Assembly (NCBI GenBank): GCA_030770535.1
Contig: JASVEC010000122.1
Location: 1-46,649 of the forward strand
DNA: 46,649 nt
From: Batkoa obscura
Lineage: Eukaryota
Direction of reading: 5' to 3'
The notes beneath the pieces are model-generated. The model saw only the letters and a list, made by a program, of their open reading frames with translations. It had not been told where the DNA came from and did no database searches. Every line of letters begins with the position of its first letter. Position 1 is the first letter of the stretch. Shown here piece after piece: positions 13,735 to 26,477 of this stretch. The translations under genes were made by a program, and so were the position numbers.

Positions 13735-13878
13735 ATATATTACATAGATCCGTTTTTCTTGCTGGATTTTTGAAATTAGTTGGTATATATTTAAAGAACG
13801 TTGGCCTAGCTACTGCTTTATCTCTTAGATCATTCAAATATTTACTATATATCATTCTTCTACTTTTATTTAATATAT

Positions 13879-13976
13879 GAGGATGTATTTTTGTGTTTAA
13901 GAATTTTACTAACAAATTTTCCACTCAAATAGTGCTTAAAAAACGGAAAAATAATGAAATCAAAAAAAACAGCCCC
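13879..13976 (+). mobile_element. MITE copy 5 (98 bp), TSD ATAT, inside the transposase
   Basis: GAGGATGT...ACAGCCCC; excision restores DNIYILNKSRR. Confidence 0.95.
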
Positions 13977-15609
13977 ATATATATATTATCTGATGAATAT
14001 TTACTATCGTTATTTTTTTTATTAAATCTTGATGAAATAGTTGAATCATTTAGTAAATATTGTATGATAGTTTCAATTTGGTCATCTTTAATTTTTTTTG
14101 TATTTCTAATAATAGGTTTTAATGTTGATATTTTATTATTATTACTTGTTTTTGAATAATCATATTGATTTCTATTTATATTAAACCTAAAACTCTTACA
14201 TTCATCAAAAGAATATACTGAAGCTATAGTTGATAATAACGCTACTTGCTGGTTTTTGTTTCCTGTTTCCCTTAAAGCACTAGTTTTATACATTACTTGA
14301 TTAAGTTTATTATTATCAATAGTAAACTTTGATAATATATCTTTTCTTTGTTTTGTTTTATTATAAAATTCCATGAACCTTGGGTTGTTATAAGTAGCTC
14401 TTAAAATTGATGTAAATGAATTACAATGTTTATATTGTGTACTCCTCCCTATTGTATTGAAGTTTTCAAAAATTCGATTTCGAAGTTTAGTTATGAAAGT
14501 TTGCATTTTATTTTTATTTCAACAAAAAATAAAGTCAAATAAGTGTATTTATATAATTATATAACATATAGTTATATATTATATATCTGTTAAATATCTA
14601 ACAGAACTAACATAAAATATATAGTTAGGAAAATTAGCTATTTAAGAAAAGGAAACAATTAAAATAAGTTTTAAATAGAGACATTTAATTTTAGGCTTTT
14701 TAGATTTAATCGTTATATTGAACACAAACTTGGAATTTTAAATTTGGATTAATTTCTAAGTAGATTCTGAAACCAATTAGGACAGCCCCAATATATATTC
14801 TTTGATAAATATATATTCTTGTTATTATTATTTTTAATTTTTTTATATTTTTAATAAAGAAAACTATTTTTAAAAATATTCATTTTTACAAACTATAACA
14901 GTTGTCATATTTTGGAGGAGATACAAAATAAAAATCTTACAACTTTGTTTAAATTATACAAAAAATAGACTATAAGCTATAACAATAGTTTTATTTTTTG
15001 TCTAAAATTTTAAGTTTGTTTCTATTATAAGGAATTAATTAGTTATCTTCCACAATTAACAATATAAAATGATAACTATTTTTTATTGGTTCAAAATAGC
15101 TGTTCAAAGGATTAAAACTAATATTATAGTAGATAATATCATTTGATCGTTATAATCAATAATATTTTTTTCATTGGAATTTTTAATAATTATGTTCAAT
15201 TTTACAAAAATTGACTTTATAGTTGTAGTTGACTATTTTTACCGCTTCAACTACAAAAAAGGTCAAATTACTTTATAACAATTATAATACTTTATTATTA
15301 GCATTAAAATATAAGCATCATGACAGAAGAATAGCCTAAATTTCCATGGCCTCTCTGGCCTATTTATTATACAGAACCTTTGCTTTAGTCCAGTAATTGT
15401 TCGAGATTGAAATCCTAAGAAATCCCTATCTGCTGTGATCCCTCAAAATAAAAATCAAGGGATATTAAAACCAATAAAAATCAAAAAAAACTACACATGG
15501 TTAAAAGCATAGATTATGAGAGTGACGTTTCTCATTGTACATAAATTAATTTCAAAAGCATCAAAATACCTACCTTAAACTTAAACTCATTCAATAATTC
15601 AATAAAGTC

Positions 15610-16933
15610 ATGATTCTATTCATATATCTGACCCTAATATCCATCTTTCACGCTTCCACCCGTCAATTAACCGACCAATATTCGAATCCTATACGCTCTA
15701 AGTTACGTTTAAATAAACACAACAAATTCATTATCATAACCTTAGCTGACCTGTAAGTATAAATCAATTATCATTCCTTATCACCCCAACTGACCTTCTC
15801 TTTTTCTAGCCATTATGGAGAGGAGCCAAGTTTATCTTGGGGACCTGAACAAGATTTCAATAGTACAAGAGCCATCAATAGATTCTTAGATTTACAAGAT
15901 CCAGAATTAGTAGTATTCACGGGCGATCAACTTACCGGTGAGTTTATGTTTAAGAATTACACTAAATACGTCAAACAGTTTACCAAGCCATTGAGGGAAA
16001 GGAGGATTAAGTAAGTAGGAATTAAAGGCTATTTTGTGAGACATGGGTTGTTTCTAATTTATTTTTTAGATGGAGTTCTGTCTATGGTAATCACGATATA
16101 GGGCCTAATGTACAAAGAGAGAGAATACTTGAAGAAGAACAACGATATTTTGGTAGTTATACAAAAAAAAGTGACAAGGAGTTGGAAGGTGTTGGAAATT
16201 ATTTGTTGAAAGTCTATGATAAAAAGAGTAGAAAGAAAAATAAAAAAGATAAATTGAAAATGCTAATGTATTTCTTGGATTCTAGAGGTGGGTATGAGAA
16301 AGAGGGAGAACCCGGGATACCTATGGAAATTGGAAAGAACGCTTTGAAGTGGTTGGAAACTAGTTTAAAATTTTATAAACTGAAAGATAATAGTTTACCT
16401 ATTCTCTTGTTCTTCCATGTACCAACGTAAGTTTTTTATTTCTATATTTTTATTAGGTTTTTCAATTGATTGTATTTATTTAGTATTCAATTTCATTACG
16501 CTAAAGAAAAATATCCAATGAATTGTAGTTTGGATGCTTTAAATGGTAATTAGCTTCTTTATTATATTGAAACAGCCTTTAATAGGTTACTATTTTTGTT
16601 AATAGAGGATGGTGTTACTCCACAAGATAATGACACTGGACTATTTAATATAATTAAAAATTACAATGTTAAAGGTTTATTTGTTGGTCATGATCATGGT
16701 AATAATTATTAATATAATATAAGAAAATTTTGTATTAAATAGCAGGTATTAACTGGTGTTGTAAATATGAGAATATCAACTTATGTTTCTGTCCACACAG
16801 TGGGTATGGAGGGTATGGTACTTGGGAGCGTGGAATAAGGATTATTGAACTAGACTATTCTAAAAATGGCCCTTTAATTTCGACTTATAATCAATTTGAA
16901 TCGGGCAAAAAATCAAAAGTTTATTATCTTTAA
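15610..16933 (+). CDS. Calcineurin-like metallophosphoesterase (Dcr2/PAP-like) with signal peptide
   Basis: Spliced. Motifs ADLHYGE, VVFTGDQLTG, YGNHD, FLDS, FFHVP, FVGHDH and HSGYGGYG...RGIRII. Confidence 0.9.
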
Positions 16934-17015
16934 AAATGAATAATATATATTATACATATTTATTTACATTCATAAATCCTACTTTTATTAACATATTAAT
17001 AAATTATGTTACTCA

Positions 17016-17676
17016 TTAATTAAATTTTATTAACAATAACGATTTTAAACTTCTTAATATTGATTTTAAACCTGAAGTTGGTGAATCGGCTTTAGACCAA
17101 TAAGCAGAAAGTTCTAATATACTTTTACAAGTAGGTGGAGAAGGAAATGAATATTTTAAACCCATTAATAGAATTTCAAATTCATTAATAGATTCCTTTG
17201 TATTTCTTATGACATAGTTTCGTTCGGAATTTAATTTAGTGAAATCTTCATTCATTTGGTCTATTGTTTTGGTTAGTTTTGGATTAGTGATAGTAGTTGG
17301 AAAAGGTATGATTTTGGTTTTTAATAGTTCGTTATTTAAGTTTGCTAATCGCTCTTTTCTTCGTCTTAAGGTTCGTAGTAGTAAACTTTCTTTAAGTTTA
17401 AATAAATAATGTAACTAATGAAAATAATTGAGTATGAATAACGGCAATAACAATTATACTAAAACTTACTTTAAAAAAACAAAATATCGAAGAGGATAAA
17501 AACAATAGTGTAACTAAAAGCTTCAAATTTTTAGATATAAGCTTATTGCTTGATAACAACCAAGAGCTAATATTATAGTCACCACTATTGGAAGTAATAT
17601 TATTATCGCTCAAGCCTTGAGTGTCATTGACTTTCACTATTCGATTCTCTATCCGATAGACTTCCTTATTATGCAT
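17016..17676 (-). CDS. Hypothetical ~219-aa membrane protein (two ORFs joined by a +1 frameshift at ~17400)
   Basis: ORF 17398-17676 ends in a hydrophobic stretch. Another frame is open from ~17400 (KLKESLLLRTLRRRKERL...) through ORF 17016-17255. Confidence 0.5.
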
Positions 17677-18564
17677 CTTTACTATATTTTATATGTATGT
17701 TGTTGTTATCTTTTTGATTATAGAATTAAGAATAAAAAAGAAAACTGAAGTCCATAGTAGCAATATTTATATCAATCGACTATCAAGTTACACAAAACGA
17801 TATTAGTCTATTTTTAATCAAATATAAATTTACTTGTAGTTTTTGTATTTTGGGGATAAAAATCAACCAATCATATTATGTGAGTATTATTTTTTCACTT
17901 GTTATAGATCGGGTATGCGATTTTATTGGCTAAATTTTAAATTAGGACCAACCTTTTTAGTGAATCAGCTGATGATGGGAAAATATAAAATTAAAAATCA
18001 ATAAAATTAATTAGTAAAATTTAGTCATTTAGCGTAATTTATTATATTTATTATATTAAATATAATATTTTATTGAATGAGTATCATTATATGACTTTAA
18101 TATCTACTAGTTTCCTTATTGAGGTTTAAACTTTAAAATACTTGCATTAAAAAAGCTCAACGGATAATAGTAAAATCCGATCTTTACCCATAAAGTCAGG
18201 GATAAAATTAAAGTTTAGTCAATAATAATTTTAGTTGGAAATTAAAATAATTTATATTTTAATAGTTTATTAACACAAACTGAAATATATTTATTCAGTA
18301 TTATATTCTATCGATTTCTATATGATCGATTATGAGTTCTTTTGGTCTGATTTCTGATACTAAATAATGGCTATTAAGCATAGACTTTACTATAAAAATA
18401 AAGCTGCTGGGAGTAAAGTATGCTATACAACTCTATTTACTTTGTTTCGTTATTCTATAAGTAAAGTTAACTATTTCAGTAATTTAAAGTTTAAAGATAA
18501 ATTAGAGCTTATGAATTTGCTCAAGTTTATTGAAATAGATTTCAATCAACTAAAAAGACAATAT

Positions 18565-18662
18565 AAGGATGTATTTTTGTGTTTAACGGTTTTACTAACA
18601 ATTTTTCCGCTCAAATAGTGCTTAAAAGATAGAAAAAAGTAATGAACCCAAAAAACACCCCC
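18565..18662 (+). mobile_element. MITE copy 6 (98 bp), TSD ATAT/GTAT
   Basis: AAGGATGTATTTTTGTG...AAAAACACCCCC. Confidence 0.85.
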
Positions 18663-18948
18663 GTATAAAAAGTAATAAAAATGGTAGAAATATAAAGCCA
18701 ACAGTTTTATAAAATAGTATTATTTTTTTACTTGTTTAAAGTTATATTAATTTAAAGATAAAACCAAATTAATTACATTAACGTTATTTATTTATATTCT
18801 TATTATAATAACGCATAAATTATTCTAATTGGAATAACATTGAGTCATCCAAAATGGAGTTTTAAATTGTGAAGCATAAAAAACAGGGTAAATGGAATCA
18901 AAATCAAAATTAAAAAAATTATCTTCAAACAAAAACAAAACTAATAGA

Positions 18949-19879
18949 ATGTCCAGTAATAAACAATTAGAAAACTTAACCTTGGAAGAGGAACAAGAGC
19001 ATATAGTTCAAGAAGTCCAATCTTTAAAACAACACTTCATTTGTGTATTTTGCGGCTCCGGTTTGGGAAATGATCCAGAATACGAAAGAGTAGCTATTGG
19101 TAAGAATAAACTTCAATTACTAATTAAATACTAATACAAATTCTCCCTCTCCGTAAACAGCTTTAGGTAAAGAGTTGGTAAAACGAGGCTATGGTTTAGT
19201 TTATGGTATATTAAATAAAATATTACATTAAAAAAAACTAACATCTCCCTTCAAAGGTGGTGGTAATGGAGGTTTAATGGGAGCTGTAGCTAAGTCGGTT
19301 GCTTCTGAAGGGGGTAAAGTAATTAGTATTTATCCTTGGGGGTTTAGAGAGTTTTGTAAAGTGGACTTTGCCTATAAAAATATCTTAGTCAAAGATATGC
19401 ATCAAAGGAAAAAATTAATGGCTAGACTGGTAAGTGTTTTTTTGTTTTGAAGAGATATGAGTTAACTTGTATCATATCAGTCATTTGCATTTCTAGCGCT
19501 TCCAGGTGGATTAGGGACCTTTGAAGAAATTATGGAAATGGCTACTTGGTAAATATTAGTTTCTAATTACTTTATTTCTTTATTGTTTATTATTATCATT
19601 TTAGGAATCAATTATCCATCCATAACAAGTATTTGGGCTTAATTAACACTAATAATTTCTATAGTATTTTTGATAGTTTGTTAGAGCATGGATTAAAAGG
19701 TAAATTAATAAGGATTACAAATTGAAGCTTAAATGTTTACTAATTTTCTAAAAATAGAGGGTTTTATCAGTGAAGGTAGTCGAAAATTAATTACAACTTC
19801 CGAAGATTATAATGAACTATTAAACCAAATCCAAAATTTCAACGGCTATGATTATAAAGCTCCATTTACGTGGCAATAA
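18949..19879 (+). CDS. LOG1: LOG-family nucleotide (cytokinin riboside 5'-monophosphate) phosphoribohydrolase
   Basis: Spliced. ICVFCGS, LVYGGGNGGLMGAVA, DMHQRK and ALPGGLGTFEE motifs. An alternative in-frame ATG lies at 18892. Confidence 0.9.
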
Positions 19880-20896
19880 TAAAGTAAAATTAAATGTTGA
19901 TTATACTAGAAAAATGTGATAAAATAAAATATACAATTTTAATTTTTTATTGAGATTATCAATCGAATCTGATTTCTTACCTATAAGACTCTTTCTTTTA
20001 CTTTAATCAAAGTTTAAAGTATTAAGCTTTATAATTTTGTTATTAATAGAATCAATTAATATATTCAAAAAGTTTAAAAAATACATCAAGACTACAAAGC
20101 ATTCATGACATTACCGCTCAATTGTAGATTAAAAGTAATAAAAAATAATAAAACACATTTCAATCCCTTCTGTTTATATAAAAAGCAATGTGTTTCAATG
20201 TCATCATTCTCACACTATGTACACATCTTTTTTTTCTCTATCAATTTTATAAAACAATGGATAGCCTAACATTGTTTTCTTACAGTGAATTATTCTATTT
20301 ATATATATATTTTATATTGCCATTACCCATTAGCCTAATGATAGCTTGAACCGCTTGAACCGCTTTGTCTATAACTACTACCTTCAATCTTCACTCAATT
20401 CTTTATTGATTTGAATTGAATAGACGCCACTGACATTTTCCTAAAATGATTATTATCCAATTTCATCCACTAAAAATAAACGATCGAACTGCTTTCTAAA
20501 TAAAAATTGATTAAACCTTTTACTCAATTTAAAATTTTATTCATCTCATCGCCCTCGTTTATCTTTGAAATTACTTTTGTATCTCTATAACATATAATCA
20601 TCAAGCTTTACATAACGAAAATTTAGTGAAGATTCAGTCCATAACAATAAACCCGTCTAAATTTTATATAATTGGCTTAAATGCAATTATATTCAACCAA
20701 TCATTCTCATTATTATAATGGCTCAACTTGTAGTTTGTTTGTAACACTAAAATTATGACAGAATTGATTTTTCTTCATTAATTTTAACTCAACTAATTTT
20801 TTATATTTTATTTAAAAGAAAATTTTTATTTATTTTAACGACTCAAAATCAAGACAGCAAAGCTTATCAATTGAAAAAAGTTAGAGAGAAACAAAA

Positions 20897-23800
20897 ATGA
20901 AATTCCCATTCCCAAGACGAAAGAACAAAGATAAAATTATAGGTAAGTATTGTTTCATCCCCTCTCTTGTCTTACTTCTAAATCAACATAATTAATACTT
21001 GAATTCCATTTATAAATAAATAGAAGAGCCGCCCTCTACAAAAACTAGTAGCAAAAAGAAGCGATTAAGTTCATGCTCAGACACTGAATTATCTAAAGAA
21101 GATCGAAGTACTTTATTACAACGTGTAAGAAGACGAGGTTCTGATACTGAGTTTTCAAAATTATTAAACTCTCAAATGGATGCAAAAGAAATTGAAGCGT
21201 TGGTAAGCTTTTTTTTTAAATATTCTAAAAAAAATTAAATGTCGGTTTTTTTTAAAATAATATAGATTGCTAAAGTGGAGAGTGGTAAGTTGATTTAAAT
21301 TTATCTATTTTATTTTATTTATTGCATTAATTTCTTTAGACGATGTAGTACCTCCAGATATGCTGACAATAGACACGATTAACAACAATAACAATAATAA
21401 ACGTAAACCAAGCTCAGAATCCTTAAACAGTCTAAAACGCAATGGGGTAGTAGTATCCCCAACAACTTCCGCTTTAATAGCTGATGATATTACCTCTATA
21501 CCCGAAGTATCTCAATTTGAAAATGATCGTGGATGGATAACAGAAGATACATTATATGAAGAAGAAGGAGATGATCGATTTCAGTATAGAATTAGGGTGT
21601 TTAAACCAGATCATACGTATGCAACGGTTTATTGTTCTTTAAGAACTAAAGCGAGTGAACTGTTGATTCCATTAGCGAAAAAGTTTTTTGTAAATGATGT
21701 ATCACCATATGCATTGTATCTAAGGAAGCATAATATTGGTAAGTTGATAGTTTGAATTAATAATTTTTTTTATAAAATTTGAGATATGAGTTGTTTTTTA
21801 TGATAATATAATATAATACAATGGTGGTTTATTTTATTAATAAGACGAATTTTAGAAAGGGAACTTACAAGTGATGAAAGACCATTAGTTATATTGAAAA
21901 GAATGTTAGAAAAAATTGGTTATACTTCAAGGGATGATTTACGTAACATTGGTAGAGAAGATAATTCTTATTATTTTAAATTTATCTTTGATTATAGTAG
22001 AAATTGTTGTATGGATGATGTAAGTTTAGTTAATAATAATAATAGTAATTTAATAATATATTGTAATATTTATTTTTATTATTTAATTTAGAATCAAGAA
22101 ATACCTAATTATCAGCATGTCGATTTGAGAGCCAAAAATTTACGAAAAATCCCCCAAAATTTAATGAGACATGCGAATCAAGTCCATAGTTTAAATTTAA
22201 GTCAAAATTTAGTGATTGATTTAACTTTTGAGTTTTTTGCTAATTGTTCAGCTTTAAAAGAGTTGAAATTATCAAGATGTGAATTACAAAACGTACCAGA
22301 ATGTATTAAAGCAATAACAACATTAACTTTTTTAGATCTTTCTAGTAATAGAATTAAATCTATTCATTATTCCAAATTAGAATCTTTAAAAAGTTTAAAT
22401 TCATTATTATTAGGCAATAATCGAATTGAAATTTTGCCCTCCCAATTTTCGAAATTAGTTAATTTAAAGAAGTTGAATTTATCTAATAACCGATTTTCAT
22501 TATTTCCATCTGTTATTACTAATTTAATTAATTTAATTCATTTGGATATTTCGTTCAATGAAATTAAAGTTATACCCTCAACTATTAATCAATTGGTTAA
22601 TTTACAAGAATTATTGTTAATATCCAACCGAATTGTTGGTAGTTTACCGGAATCAATAAGTCAACTATCTAAATTAAGGGAGTTAGATTTAAGAAAAAAT
22701 CAATTAAATAATTTAGATTCGTTAAGTAGTTTGCCAAATTTGGAATTATTATTATGTGATTATAATTTTATATCGACATTACAACTGAATTTTCAATCTT
22801 TGTATCGATTAATTATTTCTAAAAATTCAATTACAAAAATAATTCAACCAGCTAATCCATTATTAACATTAACGTGTTTGAATTTATCATTTTCAAAACT
22901 AGTTAGTTTACCGGATGATTTGTTTAATTTTGTACCCAATTTAGAAGAGCTGAATTTAGACAATAATCGATTAGTATTATTACCACCATCTATTGGTAAT
23001 TTAACTAAATTACAAAGTTTAAATTGTTCTAATAACGAATTAAGTTCAATTATTGCTAATATTTCTTCATTAAATAGTTTGAAATTTCTAGATTTACATG
23101 ATAATAATATTAGTTCATTACCTTCAGAAATTTGGCTATTAGGCTCATTAACAATATTTAATGCTAGTTCAAATTTATTAAAAGAATTCCCAAGACCATT
23201 AATACAACCTAATAATAATAATAATAATTTAAATAGAACAGCATCAACAAATTCAGATGAATTAATCCATCCACCATTATCATTATCATTAAGAGAGTTA
23301 TTTTTAGGAGATAATCGGTTGACAGATGATGTATTTACTTCAATTTCGTTTTTTACAGAATTAAAAGTATTGAATTTAAGTTATAATATTCTAGATGAAA
23401 TACCATCAGGATCTTTAATAAATTTATCAAATTTAACAGATCTTTATTTATCTGGAAATCAGTTATCAACATTACCTGCAGAAGATTTAGAAAGATTAAG
23501 AGGATTAAGAGGATTATATTTAAATAGTAATCGATTACAAACATTACCTGCAGAATTAGGAAAATTAGGGGGTTTATTTACATTGGATGTTGGTAATAAT
23601 GCTTTAAAATATAATATATGTAATTTTCCTTATGATTGGAATTGGAACTGGAATACAGGTTTGAGATATTTAAATTTATCTGGTAATAAGAGGTTAGAAA
23701 TTAAACATAATTTATCTGAAAACTCGACTTTTTCTCACCTTAATTTACCTGATTTTAATAATTTAAATCAATTAAGGGCATTGGGTTTAATGGATGTTAC

Positions 23801-26124
23801 TTTAATGGTGGATGCACCTAATGAAACATCAGATAGAAGGGTCAGAACAGATCCTTCTCAATTAGGAAGAATTAGTTATGGTATTGCTGATAAATTAAAT
23901 GTTATTGATTCTTCAGATACTTCAAATATGTGGGACAAAATATGGACATGGGATAAAAGTATAAGACAGTTTAAAGGTAGAGATGAGGTATCTTTATTTG
24001 CTTTATTTGATGGACATACATCCAGATCTGGTTCAGGTTCAAGAGTAGCTAAATTTTTAAATGATCATTTAGAAGCTTATTTAGATGATGAATTAAAAAA
24101 ACAAAATAAAGAAGAAGGTGGAAATGTTAAAGATGCTTTAAGAAGAACTTTTTTAAATTTAAATAAAGAATTAGGTTCAACTACCATGGATGAAAATGGT
24201 AATTTAGGAGCATCTGGGGTTGTAGCTTACATCACAGGATCCACATTATATGTAGCTAATGTTGGAGATACAGTAGCTGTATTGTGTGGTAATGCAGGAA
24301 AATATAATTTGTTATCAAAAAGACATACTCCTTGGAGTATTGAAGAAATTAGTCGAATTCGAAATAACAAAGGGTTTATTTCATCACAAGGGTTATTAAA
24401 TGGAGAATTAGAAATATCTCGAGGATTTGGACATTTTCATTTAGCACCTTTGGTTAATGCTAATCCATCAATTGAAAAAATTGAATTAACTGAAAATGAT
24501 GAATTTATCATATTAGCTACAAGATCCTTATGGGATAAAATGACATATCAAACAGCTGTTGATGTAGCTCGTATGGAATCGGATAACTTAATGGTAGCAG
24601 CTCAAAAAGTGAGAGATTTTGCTATTACATATGGTAGTAAAGATTCCGTTTCAGTAATGATTATTGGTGTTAATGATTTATTTGCATTTCGAGATACTAG
24701 TATGGAAATTAGTAATAATAACATATCACGAAATATAGATGATAGTAATTTGGCCATTTCTTATCGACGTAATCGATGGCGACAACAGGGGCCAGGTAGT
24801 TCAAAATTAGCACGATTAGGTAGTAAAAATGATGAAGCACCTACAGGAAAAGTAGCTTTAGTATTTACGGATATTAAAAATTCTACATTTTTATGGGAAA
24901 CTTTTCCAACCGCTATGAGATTTGCTGTTAAATCTCATAATTTATCGATGCGTCGATGGCTAATTAGCTTAGGTGGTTATGAAGTTAAAACGGAAGGGGA
25001 TGCTTTTAGAGCCGCTTTTCCAACGGTAGCATCTGCCTTATTATGGTGTTTAACCATGCAAGTTCATCTATTAGATTTAGATTGGCCACAAGAAATATTA
25101 GATTCTTCAGAATGTCAAGAAGTGTATCGTCCCAATGGTCCAAAAGAGTTAATTTATCGTGGATTATCGGTTAGAATGGGGGTTCATTTTGGTACCCCAG
25201 TTTGTGAACCCGATCCAGTAACTCATCGTATGGATTATTTAGGTTACATGGTAAAAAGATCGGATTCTATTTGTACAGCAGCAGATGGGGGTCAGATTTG
25301 TGTATCGGCAGATGTAGTCAAAGAGATTGAATTGATGGATTTACAATTTCCTATGGAATGTAATGAAAATCAATTGGCAGTTAATATACCTAGGGATGTT
25401 CGAATGTTACGCAAAATTGGGTACCAAATGTTTAATTTGGGGGAAATGAAATTAACGGGGTTAGAAAATCCAGAGGTATTATCGATGGTAAGTTGAAATA
25501 TTGCTTGATAGGGTTGATAAAAGTAATTAATAGTTGTTTATTTTAAATTAGATTTATCCCAAATCATTAATTGGAAGACATGAGTTTTATTTGTCTGCCA
25601 TGTCACCAAAAGAAGAAATCCCATTGAATATCTCTGAGAATAACAAAACAATTGATAGTAATTTAGTTAAGTTGGTAGGTTATTTATGTATGCGAATCGA
25701 ACGATTAGCGAGTGATCAAGTATTAAGTAAAAAGAAATCAAGAATTGATTCATTATATGGGTTTTTTACATTTTCTATTAAAGAAGAAGCCAGTGAACAA
25801 GAGTTAATTTATTTATTAGAATCCTTGATAATAAGAATTGAAAATGCGATTCGAAGAATAGTAGTGAGTAAGTTTATGGAAAAAGCAAAAAATGATGGGA
25901 CAATAGGGGTGTCGGAAGAAGTTCAAGATCTATTAGCTAAGTTGACAGATCGATTAGGAGTTGGTATCATGGGATTTAAAGGAAAGATTGGAAAAGAGAT
26001 TCAAAAATCAACATTACTTTCACCAATTCCATTGAGTTTAAAGTTACCCTCAATTACTCCTTCAGAAGATGATGTATCTTCTGAATATTTTACACCAACA
26101 GAAGGCGCATTTGATAAGGTTTAA
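20897..26124 (+). CDS. CYR1: Fungal adenylate cyclase (RA, LRR, PP2C-like and class III cyclase domains) with a degenerate catalytic N/R motif
   Basis: RA domain (IRVFKPDHTYATV), LRR array, YDWNWNWN, PP2C-like (ALFDGH, LYVANVGD), FTDIKNSTFLWE, YEVKTEGDAF, RMGVHFG and RMDYLG. 5' exons checked in phase, including a 19-nt exon at 21266-21284. Confidence 0.95.
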
Positions 26125-26477
26125 AGGGGGAGTGATAAAGGGTATTTTGCAATAAAAAACGGTATAGTAAACAATAGTTTTAGAATAAATGTTAAGGCTG
26201 AAGGTGATGGTAGGTATTAGTGTGGAAAGAGATTGAATTTTCGTACTAGTTTCCAAGTTTTTAACAAAAGAAGGTGTTTATTTTAAAATAAAGAATAGCT
26301 TTTTAATTCAAAAATGAACTTTTATTTTAAAAAAAGGGAATTAATATATTAATATATTCTTATTTTTTTGTTTGTGGTTTTTTAGTTATAGCCTTTTTGA
26401 GTCTAAGAAAAAAGAAATAAAAACTTAATTATGATATTTAGTGAAGTAAAGTAGTAAATGAAGAAAAGTCGGCTCTA

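Larger units (their letters stand above)
12604..14506 (-). pseudogene. Sola2-like DDD transposase (~566 aa reconstructed), interrupted by two MITEs and one frameshift (~13350)
   Basis: Reconstructed motifs: TFFKYIP...TDLCNICTQY, CIIVLDFKQN (D1), NIWADTGNHFRS (D2), NFFAEHHGKSIVDGHFG (D3). Confidence 0.85.
12153..14789 (-). mobile_element. Sola2-like DNA transposon with imperfect 22-bp TIRs
   Basis: Left TIR GGGGTTGTCTGAATTAGTTTCA (12153-12174) versus right TIR revcomp GGGGCTGTCCTAATTGGTTTCA (14768-14789), 18/22 identical. It encloses a transposase. Flanks ATAT / AATAT, so the TSD is imperfect. Confidence 0.8.

Noticed and set aside
18367..18618. 83-aa ORF; likewise ORFs 33973-34161 and 13893-14159
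   Set aside because: They run through MITE sequence or are antisense to the transposase, so they are spurious.
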